Position numbers and translations under genes: made by a program
The notes under the pieces: model-generated
What the model was told of the DNA's origin: nothing
Database searches by the model: none
The model's input: only the letters and a program-made list of their open reading frames with translations
Origin: Spirochaetales bacterium
GTDB taxonomy: Bacteria > Spirochaetota > Spirochaetia > DSM-27196 > PWMO01
Direction: 5' to 3'
NCBI GenBank assembly: GCA_007123465.1
Contig: SKLB01000228.1
Coordinates: 1-39,999 of the forward strand
DNA length: 39,999 bases
In this document: in pieces, positions 8,474 to 17,710 of the stretch
Position numbering within the stretch: position 1 is the stretch's first letter
How the letters are laid out: the number at the start of each line of letters is the position of its first letter

Positions 8474-10195
8474 ATGGAATCATCAGCTGCGCAGCACGCC
8501 CAACCGCCGGTACGCGTGCTGAGCGAACAGGTCGCGCGCAAGATCGCCGCCGGTGAGGTAATCGACCGGCCATACTCGGTTGTGCGGGAACTCATTGACA
8601 ACGCGCTCGATGCGCAGGCGGACTCTGTTGACATCTGGCTCGAGGATGGAGGACGCAGCCGGCTGCAGGTAGTCGACAACGGGGTTGGCATGGACGCCGC
8701 GGACGTAGAGCTGTGCTGCCGGCCCCACGCGACCAGCAAGATCGAAAACGAGACCGACCTCGAAAATGTCTCCAGCCTGGGGTTTCGCGGTGAGGCACTT
8801 TCCAGTATCGCCACGGTGGCGCGCCTGGAGATCAGAAGCAGCCGGACTGCTGCCGAGCCCGGACGGCAGCTGGTGGTACACGGCGGTGAAGTCATCAGCC
8901 TGGAGCCGTGCCAGCCACTAAGCGGAACATCGGTCACCGTGGAGGACCTGTTCTATTCTCTACCGGGGCGGCGCAAGTTCTTGAAGCGAGCGTCCGCTGA
9001 AACTACCATGTGCCGCAACGTTCTGATAGACAAGGCGCTAGCCTTCCCGGAAGTTGCATTCCGGCTATTCGTCGACGGAGAGCTCAAGCTGTTTCTGCCA
9101 CCGCAGGAGAGTGAGCAGCGCGTGCTCTCGTGCTATCCGGAGATCGGCGACCGCAAACTACTGTCTACCGTCAAAGGCAGCGACGACGGTTTCTCCATCG
9201 AGGCCGTAACCACCGGCAGCTCGATGCTGCGCCGCGACCGCAAGCTGATGCAGGTATTTGTCAACCGGCGGCGCGTCTGGGAGTACGCTCTGGTACAGGC
9301 AATGCAGTACGCCTTCGAAGCGGTGGCCCCCGGAGGCAGCTATCCGATCTGTTTTCTGTTTGTGCGCTGTGAGCCGCGGTTGGTTGACTTCAACATTCAC
9401 CCGGCAAAACGCGAGGTGCGTTTTCGCAATCTGGCCCAGATTCACCGCCGCAGCGTGGAGACTCTTTCGGGGTTTCTGCGCGCCGCAATCATCCAGCAGA
9501 GCGGACCGGCGCAGCGCAGCCGGGAGGTGCCACCTCAGACGCCGTATCTCGCGGAGCATTTGTTCAGCGGTAACCGCGTAGCAGAGCCTGCGCCATTGTT
9601 CAACGATACCGAAGCACACCAGAGCTCATTTTCCAGCGCCGGCGCCGGCGGCGCTGCCGACCACTTCCGCTACGTAGGGCAACTCTTCGACCTGTTTCTG
9701 CTGGCAAGTCGGAAAGATAGCCTCTACATCGTGGACCAACACGCCGGCCATGAGCGAATTCTCTACGACCGCTTCCGCAGCGACCGCAGCCGCCAGGAGT
9801 TACTCGTGCCGCTGGTTATGGAGGTAAGCGACGAAGAGGAGCAGGTGTTGCTGACGCGGCTTGAGCAGATCGCCGACCTGGGGGTGAGACTGGAACGTTC
9901 GGGGCCCGGCCAATGGAGCGTAACCGCTGCCGCAACGGCCTTTCTTGAGCACCAGGAGGAGGTGGTCGAGACGATTCGGGAAATTGCACGCCACCCCCAG
10001 GAGATCAGCCACCGGTTCTACGCGCAGATGGCGTGTAAGGCTGCGGTCAAACAGGGCAACGCCCTCGATCCGCAGGCTGCTACTGACCTGCTGCGGCAGA
10101 TCTTTGCCCTTCCCGAACCGCGCTGCCCCCACGGCCGCCCGCTGTGGGCCGAGCTTTCGCGCGAGCAGCTCTACTCACTGGTTGGCCGCACCTGA
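8474..10195 (+). CDS. mutL: DNA mismatch repair endonuclease MutL
   Basis: IAAGEVI, ELIDNALDA, DNGVGM, GFRGEAL and DFNIHPAKREV; C-terminal DQHAGHER, ACK and CPHGRP endonuclease motifs. Confidence 0.97.
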   Translation: MESSAAQHAQPPVRVLSEQVARKIAAGEVIDRPYSVVRELIDNALDAQADSVDIWLEDGGRSRLQVVDNGVGMDAADVELCCRPHATSKIENETDLENVSSLGFRGEALSSIATVARLEIRSSRTAAEPGRQLVVHGGEVISLEPCQPLSGTSVTVEDLFYSLPGRRKFLKRASAETTMCRNVLIDKALAFPEVAFRLFVDGELKLFLPPQESEQRVLSCYPEIGDRKLLSTVKGSDDGFSIEAVTTGSSMLRRDRKLMQVFVNRRRVWEYALVQAMQYAFEAVAPGGSYPICFLFVRCEPRLVDFNIHPAKREVRFRNLAQIHRRSVETLSGFLRAAIIQQSGPAQRSREVPPQTPYLAEHLFSGNRVAEPAPLFNDTEAHQSSFSSAGAGGAADHFRYVGQLFDLFLLASRKDSLYIVDQHAGHERILYDRFRSDRSRQELLVPLVMEVSDEEEQVLLTRLEQIADLGVRLERSGPGQWSVTAAATAFLEHQEEVVETIREIARHPQEISHRFYAQMACKAAVKQGNALDPQAATDLLRQIFALPEPRCPHGRPLWAELSREQLYSLVGRT

Positions 10196-10211
10196 GATAC
10201 GCCGGCGCAGC

Positions 10212-11162
10212 TCAGGTGTTGAGAAACTCTTCGGCTTCCAGCGCAGCCATGCAGCCGCTGCCTGCAGCGGTAACCGCCTGGCGATAGCGCTTGTCCTGCA
10301 CGTCTCCGGCGGCAAAAACGCCCGCAACGCTGGTCGCCGTAGACTTACCTTCTGTAATCACGTATCCGGTCTCGTCGGTCATCAGCTGGCCTGCGAGAAA
10401 GCCCGTGTTGGGAAGGTGTCCGATTGCGTAAAAGAGTCCCTTTGCTTCCAGCGTTTCTTCCTCGCCGGTCTGGTTGTTCTTGATTCTGACGGCGTTCATC
10501 GCCTTATCGTCGCCAAGCACCTCTACCGCGTTGGTGTTCCAGCGAATCTCGATCTTCGCGTTATCGAACACGCGCTTCTGCATTGTCTTGGAAGCGCGCA
10601 GCTCATCGCGCCGTACCAGCATGGTAACGCGGCTGCCAAATTTGGTCAGGAAGGCGGCTTCCTCGCAGGCACTGTCGCCACCCCCAATTACCACCAGCGG
10701 CTGGTTACGGAAGATCGGCAACGCTCCGTCACAGACCGCACACGCCGACATACCGCGCTGCCAGTAGGTCTCTTCGCCGTCCAGTCCCAGGCGCTTGGCG
10801 GTTGCACCGGTGGCAATAATCAGCGCCTGAGCGCGATACTCGCTCCCGCCTTCGGTTGTGACTACAAAGGGATGCTGGGCGAGCGCTACCGAGGCAATGG
10901 TCTCGGTCTTGATGCTGCAGCCGTAGTTCAGCGACTGCTGCCGCATGCGATCCATCAGTTCCGGGCCGCCGATTCCATCGGCGAAGCCGGGATAGTTCTC
11001 TACGTCGGTGGTTGTGGTCAGCTGTCCACCGGCAGCCACGCCGGCGGCCATGAAGCCTTCAAACAGAAGAGGTTTCAGCTCGGCTCGGCCGGCGTAGATA
11101 GCCGCAGTGTGAGCGGCGGGCCCCGAGCCGATGATAATCAGTTTTTCAGTTGAATCGGACAT
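10212..11162 (-). CDS. trxB: Thioredoxin-disulfide reductase
   Basis: GSGPAA, CAVC redox motif, GGGDSA and FAAGDV; SD GAGGAG. Confidence 0.97.
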   Translation of the reverse strand: MSDSTEKLIIIGSGPAAHTAAIYAGRAELKPLLFEGFMAAGVAAGGQLTTTTDVENYPGFADGIGGPELMDRMRQQSLNYGCSIKTETIASVALAQHPFVVTTEGGSEYRAQALIIATGATAKRLGLDGEETYWQRGMSACAVCDGALPIFRNQPLVVIGGGDSACEEAAFLTKFGSRVTMLVRRDELRASKTMQKRVFDNAKIEIRWNTNAVEVLGDDKAMNAVRIKNNQTGEEETLEAKGLFYAIGHLPNTGFLAGQLMTDETGYVITEGKSTATSVAGVFAAGDVQDKRYRQAVTAAGSGCMAALEAEEFLNT

Positions 11163-11200
11163 AATACTCCTCGGTTGAACGGAAGTCGAACTTCTGCTGA

Positions 11201-11229
11201 AAGGTACGCAGCCGCGCCGAGTTCGTCAA
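11201..11229 (-). promoter_or_regulatory. sigma70-type promoter of trxB
   Basis: TTGACG-17-TACCTT on the minus strand. Confidence 0.6.
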
Positions 11230-11239
11230 CCGCGGGCAG

Positions 11240-13201
11240 TTACAGTCCGGCCAGCAGAGCTTCAACCTCGGCGCGCGCGGTGTACTGCGGGTTGCGATCG
11301 AGCAGCTGGCGCAGGATGCGTCGCGCATCGTCCTGCTCTTCCCTGGCAATCAGTACCTCGCCGAGCTTCTGATACGCCGGCCAGTACGATGCATCGATCT
11401 TGATCACCTCGTTGAGCGCCGACTGCGCCTCGGAAAAGCGGCGAGAACCGATGTAGGCCAACGCCAGGTTGTAGCGCATCAGGGTATCGTTGGGACGCTG
11501 CTGGATAGCGCGCCGGTAGTGGGTGATACTGTCGTCAAACATCTCTTTGTTGAGGTAGACGTTACCGAGGTTGTTATTGACCTCGACGCTGCTGGGCTCA
11601 ACTCTGTGCGCAGCCAGCAGGAAATCGAGCGCCTGATCGTGCATCTGCTGCTCGTCCAGAATGCGTCCCAACTCCACCATCGCACGCACGTACTCGCGGT
11701 TGCGCGAAATCGCCGCCGTATGCGCCTGCATCGCTTGGGTGACGTTGCCGCGCTGCTCCTGGATCTGTCCCAGAGTGTAGTAATACTCGGCTCGCTCCGA
11801 GTTCAGCTCTATAGCACGCTGGATGTTGCGGTAGGCCTGATCGGTCTTACCGAGGTCGAAGCGTACCAGCGCCAGATTATAATTGTTGGTGGCGTTGCTG
11901 GGCTGCAGCTCGTCGGCGCGTGCAAAGTGGCGCTCGGCGTCCTCGAAGCGCTCCTGACGGAAGAAGGCAGTTGCCAGTCGCGAATGGTACACCGCGGTGG
12001 TCGGATCGAGTTCAACCGCCTTCTGCAGTGGCGCGATAGCACGCGCGATCTCACCCTGATCAACCTGAATACTGCCGATACGATAGTGTGCGCGCGCGTC
12101 CTGAGGGTGCGTCTGCGCGGCAAACCGGAACGCCTCGAGAGCCCGGGTGTTGTCGCCCAGCTGCAGGTTGGTAATACCGAGATTATGATAGGCGTTCTCG
12201 TAGTAGGGGTCCAGGCGTACCGCGGCCTCGTAGGACTGACGCGCGTCGCGGAACTGCCGCGCGCGAAACTGCGCGTTACCGAGGGCAAAGAACACCGAAG
12301 CATCATCGGGATTGAGTCGCGCCGCGGAGCGAAAACTGCTGATCGCATCGTCAAACAGCTCGGTGTCGTGGTAGATTCTCCCCAGCGTGAAATGTGGTTC
12401 CCACAGTTCCCGGTCGCGTTGGATAGCGCGGTTGGCGTACTGTATCGCCTGGCGACGGCTGCCGGCATCACCGGGGTTCTGCTCGTAGAGCGCCCGGGCG
12501 GTGCGGGCCAGCGCCTTTGCGTGGTAGCGATCGGCAGCCGTATTATCCTGCAGATCGATCTCGAGCACCTCGCCGAAGGCACTGCGTGCCTCATTGAAGT
12601 TACGCCGCTGCAGAAAATCGTCACCTTCGCTGAGAAGCCTCTGAATCCGCTGTTCGCGTTCGCGTTCCTCGGCCGACAGACGCGCAAGCCGCTCTTCCTC
12701 GGCCTTACGGCGCGCCTCTTCTTCGGCCTGACGCCGCTGTTCATCGGCGCGCCGCTGCTGCTCCAGCTGCTGCGTTATTCGCTGCTCGGCCTCGCGCGCG
12801 CGCCGCTCGGCTTCGGCCTGCTGCGCCTGCAGCTCGCGCAACCGCGAGTCATCGGGCCGCGCAGCCAGTTCCTCTTCGAGCTGGCGCCGCCGTGCGGCTT
12901 CCTCCTCGGCAATACGCCGCTGTTCTTCGCGCCGTGCCACCAGAACCGCTTCCTTGAGCTCGTGCGCCTCTGAATCATCAGCGTCGGCAATCAGCAACTG
13001 ATCGATGATATCCAGCGCGCGCTGATACTCACCGCTGTCGTAATAGCCGCGTGCCAGCTGCAGCCGATTGGCGCGCAGCCGCTCGGCCTCACTCAATTCC
13101 GGCGCCACAGCGCCGCCACGCAGCAGAAAGAAGGCTGTTATCCCCAATGCCAACGCCAGAACTCCGCCGGCGATTATCAGTTTGCGTTTATCGTAGAACA
13201 C
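11240..13201 (-). CDS. Membrane-anchored TPR protein with a charged coiled-coil
   Basis: N-terminal TM, E/R/Q-rich coiled-coil, and a long array of TPR repeats. Confidence 0.9.
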   Translation of the reverse strand: MFYDKRKLIIAGGVLALALGITAFFLLRGGAVAPELSEAERLRANRLQLARGYYDSGEYQRALDIIDQLLIADADDSEAHELKEAVLVARREEQRRIAEEEAARRRQLEEELAARPDDSRLRELQAQQAEAERRAREAEQRITQQLEQQRRADEQRRQAEEEARRKAEEERLARLSAEEREREQRIQRLLSEGDDFLQRRNFNEARSAFGEVLEIDLQDNTAADRYHAKALARTARALYEQNPGDAGSRRQAIQYANRAIQRDRELWEPHFTLGRIYHDTELFDDAISSFRSAARLNPDDASVFFALGNAQFRARQFRDARQSYEAAVRLDPYYENAYHNLGITNLQLGDNTRALEAFRFAAQTHPQDARAHYRIGSIQVDQGEIARAIAPLQKAVELDPTTAVYHSRLATAFFRQERFEDAERHFARADELQPSNATNNYNLALVRFDLGKTDQAYRNIQRAIELNSERAEYYYTLGQIQEQRGNVTQAMQAHTAAISRNREYVRAMVELGRILDEQQMHDQALDFLLAAHRVEPSSVEVNNNLGNVYLNKEMFDDSITHYRRAIQQRPNDTLMRYNLALAYIGSRRFSEAQSALNEVIKIDASYWPAYQKLGEVLIAREEQDDARRILRQLLDRNPQYTARAEVEALLAGL

Positions 13202-13231
13202 TCGTTAACTCTCCGGTTACTCGCGCAGTGA

Positions 13232-13999
13232 TCAGTCCGCTATATCGAACTCGTCTTCATATTCGTCGATGTCTTCGGCTCCACCGCCAAGACTGCGCGT
13301 CTCACCGCTGGAACCACCGAGCGATTCAAGTACCGAGTCCAGCAGAGCACGCCGACGCTGTTCCTCTTCCTCGCGCCGACGCTGTTCCTCGGCCCTGCGC
13401 CGCTCTTCGGCAACGCGCTGCTGCTCGGCCTCCTCGCGCGCACGCCGCTCCTGCTCCTCGATCCGTACACGCTCCTCTTCAATTATATCGCGCAGCAGCG
13501 ATATCATCCGGCGTATTTCGTCTCTTTGCGGCGTAGATGGTGCAAGCGTCAGGTAGACGGTGTAGTCGTCAACCGCACCGCTATACTGCTCGGTGCGCAC
13601 ACGCAGGTTTGCCCGATTGAGGTACGCTTCGGCCAGACTACCGTCACTGCGGATCGCCTGAGTATACATTTCACCAGCTAAATCCGGGCTGCCCGCGGCA
13701 AGGTAGTTGTTGCCCAGGTTGAAATAGATCAGTCCCCGATAAGTCCCGTCCACCTCGAGGCCCTTGCGCAGGATCTCCGCGGCACGCTCGTGACGTCCAA
13801 GTTGCTCGTAGACTATACCGAGATAGAGGTAGATGCGTTCATTCCGTGGCTGCTGCTCGAGCGCCGCTTCCAGAACCGCGGCAGCCTCTTCGGGTCTGTT
13901 CTGCATGTAGAGTTCTTCACCACGCTTCAGAAGCGGCGAGGCAGAAACCGTTGCGGACACGATCAGCAGCAAAATAGCGCCACAGGCGTATCGCCGCAT
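13232..13999 (-). CDS. Exported TPR protein with a charged coiled-coil and acidic tail
   Basis: Signal peptide MRRYACGAILLLIVSATVSA, TPRs, an E/R-rich helix and the tail EDIDEYEDEFDIAD. Start uncertain (13999 vs 14059). Confidence 0.82.
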   Translation of the reverse strand: MRRYACGAILLLIVSATVSASPLLKRGEELYMQNRPEEAAAVLEAALEQQPRNERIYLYLGIVYEQLGRHERAAEILRKGLEVDGTYRGLIYFNLGNNYLAAGSPDLAGEMYTQAIRSDGSLAEAYLNRANLRVRTEQYSGAVDDYTVYLTLAPSTPQRDEIRRMISLLRDIIEEERVRIEEQERRAREEAEQQRVAEERRRAEEQRRREEEEQRRRALLDSVLESLGGSSGETRSLGGGAEDIDEYEDEFDIAD

Positions 14000-14019
14000 C
14001 CGCCGGCAGGGGTGCCGGT

Positions 14020-14048
14020 TTGACAGTAGTCTGGAAACCTCGTATTGT
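14020..14048 (+). promoter_or_regulatory. Near-consensus sigma70 promoter for the TPR-Mrr operon
   Basis: TTGACA-17-TATTGT; it argues against the TTG start at 14045. Confidence 0.7.
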
Positions 14049-14089
14049 TGTTCTGGCATGTTCTACTCTCTTACACCAACGGTGCTGCC

Positions 14090-15445
14090 ATGGGCATAGT
14101 AGTCCTTATTATGATCCTCGGTGCGGCCGTGGGTTTGATTACCTTTTTTGTAGTCAGGTCCATCCTGGCTCCGAAGAAAGTAGCCGCCCTGCAAAACCTG
14201 ATCAAACAGGGAAAGACCACCCAGGCAATCCGGATTGCCAAAGCTATACTATCCAGGGACCCGCGCGACTCCGATGCCCACTATCTGTTGGGGCTGGCCT
14301 ACCAGGCCGAAAACAAAGCCGAACTGGCTCTGATGGAGTTCAAGTCTGTCAATGATATCGGCCAGTTCGATGGCGTTGTAAATGAAATACCCTTCAGAGA
14401 GAAGATAGCAGATCTTTACGCGAAATTCAATCAACCCGAAGAAGCGCTCAAGGAATACCTGGTTCTGATCCGCAAAGATCCACACAACGCCGAGTACTAC
14501 TATCGTGCCGGCCGGCTCTTTGAAGATCGCAACCGCTCGGAGAAAGCCGCGGCGCTCTACAAGAAGGCCGTTGAGCTGGATTCACGCCACTCACAGGCGT
14601 ACTCCGGCCTCGGATCGCTGCTGTTCCGCGCCAAGCGCCACGCAGAGGCCAAGGGCTACCTCGACTCTGCGGTACGGCTGGACGCAGAGAACTACCGCGC
14701 CTGGTTCTACATAGGCAAGATCCACAAGGAGTTCAAGGACCATACCGCCGCGATGTCGGCGTTTGAAAAGGCTTCCAAAGACCCCGAGCTCAAACTCAAA
14801 GCGCTGGTTGAACGCGGCAGTTCATTACTGGCGCTGGGAGACTACGATCGCGCCGGCGCGGAACTGGAGCGCGCGATCAAGCACTCCGAGAATGACTCGG
14901 CGCCCGAGACACTGTTTGCGCGCTATTTTCTGGCCGTTGCTTACGAGAAGACCCGCCGTATTGAGCCGGCGATCGAACAATGGGAGAAGGTCTACCAGAA
15001 GAAGCCCGGGTTTCGCGATGTGGCCGAAAAGCTCAGCCAGTACCAGGAAATGCGCCACGATGACCGCATCAAGGATTACCTCACCAGCAGTGCCGCGGAG
15101 TTCTGCGAGATCTGCCGTAAGCTCACCGCGGCAATGGGGCTTACCGCACGCGACGTATCCAATATGGACAACGGTTGCGAGATCGTGGCTATGGAGCCGC
15201 AGTCAAAATGGCGCAATACCCGCAACCTTCCGATTCTGATCCGCTTCCTGCGCGGAACCGAGGTTATCGACGAAGGCACGGTCCGCGTACTGCACGAGGA
15301 GATGAAAAAGCAGTCGGTCAACCGTGGCGCGCTGGTGTGCAGTTCCACGTTCTCGCGTACCGCGCAAGGATTCGCTGAGTCCCGTCCTATTGATCTGCAC
15401 AATAAGGACAGACTGCAGGAGTTTCTGGCGCACATTGAACTGTGA
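14090..15445 (+). CDS. Membrane-anchored TPR protein with a C-terminal degenerate Mrr-like restriction-endonuclease-fold domain
   Basis: TM MGIVVLIMILGAAVGLITFFVV, TPRs, then a Mrr_cat-like pattern (EFCEICRKL...MG, DNGCEIVA, GALVCSSTFSRTAQGFA...IDL). Confidence 0.82.
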   Translation: MGIVVLIMILGAAVGLITFFVVRSILAPKKVAALQNLIKQGKTTQAIRIAKAILSRDPRDSDAHYLLGLAYQAENKAELALMEFKSVNDIGQFDGVVNEIPFREKIADLYAKFNQPEEALKEYLVLIRKDPHNAEYYYRAGRLFEDRNRSEKAAALYKKAVELDSRHSQAYSGLGSLLFRAKRHAEAKGYLDSAVRLDAENYRAWFYIGKIHKEFKDHTAAMSAFEKASKDPELKLKALVERGSSLLALGDYDRAGAELERAIKHSENDSAPETLFARYFLAVAYEKTRRIEPAIEQWEKVYQKKPGFRDVAEKLSQYQEMRHDDRIKDYLTSSAAEFCEICRKLTAAMGLTARDVSNMDNGCEIVAMEPQSKWRNTRNLPILIRFLRGTEVIDEGTVRVLHEEMKKQSVNRGALVCSSTFSRTAQGFAESRPIDLHNKDRLQEFLAHIEL

Positions 15446-15457
15446 GCCTGCACTGAG

Positions 15458-16156
15458 ATGAAGATCCTGTGCGTTTCAGATCACGTAGATCCGCTGGTCT
15501 ATAGCGCCAACGTTCGCGAACACTTCAGCGACGTTGACCTGGTCCTCAGCGCCGGCGACCTGCCGATGAACTACCTCGGTTTCCTTGCCAGCAGCTTCAA
15601 TACTCCGGTCCTGTTTGTGTTCGGCAATCACAACCTGTCGCACCTGGAGAACTTCCGCGGTCAATCCGCCCATGTAAGCGATATCGGGGATATCGACTTC
15701 CGCATAGCCAACACCTTTGGATCAACCCACGTTCACCGCAGAGTAGTGCGGACAAAGGGCATGCTGATTGCGGGCCTCGGCGGCAGTCTGCGCTATAATG
15801 CGGGAAAAAATCAGTTCAGCGAGCACGAGATGTACCGCCAGATTCTCGCTATGGTGCCGCGCCTGCTGTGGAACCGCCTGATTCATGGGCGCTACCTGGA
15901 CATCCTGCTGACGCACGCCTCACCATACGGTGTTCACGATAAGCCGGACCGCTGCCATACTGGTTTCCAGGCGTTCCGCTGGTTCATCAGGCGCTTCCAG
16001 CCGCGCTACCTGCTGCACGGGCACGTGCATCTGTACGATCTGAACGCCAGGCGCGTCACAGTGGTAGACGGCACCACGGTAATAAACGTCTACAGCCACT
16101 TTATTCTGGACACCGCCAACCCGCCACAGGAGCCAAGCAATGAGCAGTATCGTTGA
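15458..16156 (+). CDS. Calcineurin-like metallophosphoesterase
   Basis: SDH, AGDL, GNHN, THA and HGHVH motifs. Confidence 0.93.
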   Translation: MKILCVSDHVDPLVYSANVREHFSDVDLVLSAGDLPMNYLGFLASSFNTPVLFVFGNHNLSHLENFRGQSAHVSDIGDIDFRIANTFGSTHVHRRVVRTKGMLIAGLGGSLRYNAGKNQFSEHEMYRQILAMVPRLLWNRLIHGRYLDILLTHASPYGVHDKPDRCHTGFQAFRWFIRRFQPRYLLHGHVHLYDLNARRVTVVDGTTVINVYSHFILDTANPPQEPSNEQYR

Positions 16157-17072
16157 CCACGAAGCTCGCGAGGATTTCAACCGGGCGCGCCTGCACGAGA
16201 TCCTGCACCGCATCATGAACGCACTCTCGGCGCAGAATCAGGAACTGCTGTCACTGAACGAAGTCAAGCAGGTGCTCCGTCCGCGCGGCGAGACCTACCG
16301 CGGCATGCAGACTGTCGAAATATCTCAGATAGTCGGCAGCGAAGGACGCTACCGCGATTTCAGCAAGAGCTTTCTACCGCGCCACGACTACCTCAAACAC
16401 CGCTGGGTCAGTATCGACAAGGCCCACCTGCAGGACGTCATCCTGCCACCGGTGCGCCTCTACGAAATCGGCGGACTCTACTTTGTACGCGACGGAAACC
16501 ACCGCGTATCGGTAGCCAAGGCGCAGGGCGTTGGAGCCGTCGACGCCGAGGTCACATCGCTTTCATCGGCAATCACGCTGGATCCGCGTATGTCGCGCGA
16601 AGAGCTCACCCGCGCTGTCATCGCCTACGAGAAGTCGAAGTTCTACGAGCAGACACGCTTCGCGCGGTTGGTCCCCGACTACAACCTCGTCTTCACTGCA
16701 ACCGGCCGTTACGACGAAGTGCTGCAGCATATCCACGGTCACAAGTACTTTATCAACCAGGGTATCAGCGAGGAGATCCCGTTCGACAAGGCGCTGGTGT
16801 CGTGGTATCTCAATGTATTCCGGCCGGTAGTCGATACAATCGAGGCCGAACGAATCATGACTCGGTTTCCCGGCCGCACCCACGCTGATCTATACATGTG
16901 GATTGTGAAGCGCTGGCATCTTCTAAAAGACCGGTTTGGGGCCGATTATCCGGTAAGCGAAGTCACACGACAGATTTCGATGCGCTACGGCAAGACGCTG
17001 TGGCAACGTATCCGCTCATTCTTCGGCAAAGACAACCGTCAGCGTCGAATGGGTCCGGTTAACGAACCGTAG
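16140..17072 (+). CDS. ParB/Srx-like N-terminal domain protein (DUF4032-type C-terminus)
   Basis: IVGSEGRYRDF, LPPVRLY, YFVRDGNHRVSVA, HIHGHKYF and ADLYMWI motifs; overlaps the upstream gene by 17 nt. Confidence 0.82.
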   Translation: MSSIVDHEAREDFNRARLHEILHRIMNALSAQNQELLSLNEVKQVLRPRGETYRGMQTVEISQIVGSEGRYRDFSKSFLPRHDYLKHRWVSIDKAHLQDVILPPVRLYEIGGLYFVRDGNHRVSVAKAQGVGAVDAEVTSLSSAITLDPRMSREELTRAVIAYEKSKFYEQTRFARLVPDYNLVFTATGRYDEVLQHIHGHKYFINQGISEEIPFDKALVSWYLNVFRPVVDTIEAERIMTRFPGRTHADLYMWIVKRWHLLKDRFGADYPVSEVTRQISMRYGKTLWQRIRSFFGKDNRQRRMGPVNEP

Positions 17073-17710
17073 TACGACCCCAGCGGCACGTAGAGGTAGC
17101 TTCTGCCGGCGGAGTTGCTATGAACCAGCCCGTCGAGCGGGTACCGTCCGCCCGCCAGCGTTCGCTCAAGCGTCACAGAGGTCTCGCCGGAATCGTCATC
17201 ATGGGACACAACCAGCAGAGAAGCACCGGCCTCGGGCACTGTGATGCTCTGCTCGTCCGGGGCAAGCTGCGGCAGCTGATCGTGCACGCTGGATAGCAGC
17301 GGCGCATCGATCGACACGCTGCGCTCATCGTGTTCCCCGGCGCGGTCAATCACCACGGTGCGGTACTGCCCGCGCGGCAATTCGCCCCAGTCGGCCATGC
17401 TGAGACCGGAAAACCCGACCCAGTTCTCGCCCGTAACACGACGATGCGTCCAGCTCTGCGCGTCAAAGCGCCAGTAGAGTTCAGCCTCATCGTGAATCAG
17501 GTAGAACTCGCTTATGTCGCCAAAACCGTCCTCGTCGCGCACCAGCGCAAACAGCGTCAGCTGCTCGTAGCGCCGGTTGAGATCCAGATCGTCGACGTAC
17601 TCCAAACTGACCTCAACGCTGACGATCTGCGGCGGTGCGCCGGTACACGCACTGAGCAGGGCGCTGACCGCGGCGGCAACCAGCAGCGGGGCTGCCAGCC
17701 GGCCACTCAT
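17039..17710 (-). CDS. Hypothetical lipoprotein
   Basis: MSGRLAAPLLVAAAVSALLSAC lipobox; its ATG overlaps the upstream TGA (TGATG). Confidence 0.8.
   Translation of the reverse strand: MSGRLAAPLLVAAAVSALLSACTGAPPQIVSVEVSLEYVDDLDLNRRYEQLTLFALVRDEDGFGDISEFYLIHDEAELYWRFDAQSWTHRRVTGENWVGFSGLSMADWGELPRGQYRTVVIDRAGEHDERSVSIDAPLLSSVHDQLPQLAPDEQSITVPEAGASLLVVSHDDDSGETSVTLERTLAGGRYPLDGLVHSNSAGRSYLYVPLGSYYGSLTGPIRR

Noticed and set aside
9945..11153. 402-aa plus-strand ORF opposite trxB
   Set aside because: Antisense shadow of a well-conserved gene in GC-rich DNA; no recognisable motifs.
11519..12973. 484-aa plus-strand ORF opposite the TPR gene
   Set aside because: Antisense shadow caused by codon bias; no SD and no domain.
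12640..13480. Repetitive CTC/CTG/GCG-rich DNA as a possible repeat array or CRISPR
   Set aside because: Explained by E/R/Q/A-rich coiled-coil coding; there is no fixed repeat-spacer period.
14090..17072. Anti-phage defence island (Mrr + phosphoesterase + ParB)
   Set aside because: The Mrr-like catalytic residues appear lost, the surroundings are housekeeping genes, and there are no mobility genes. Not fully excluded.
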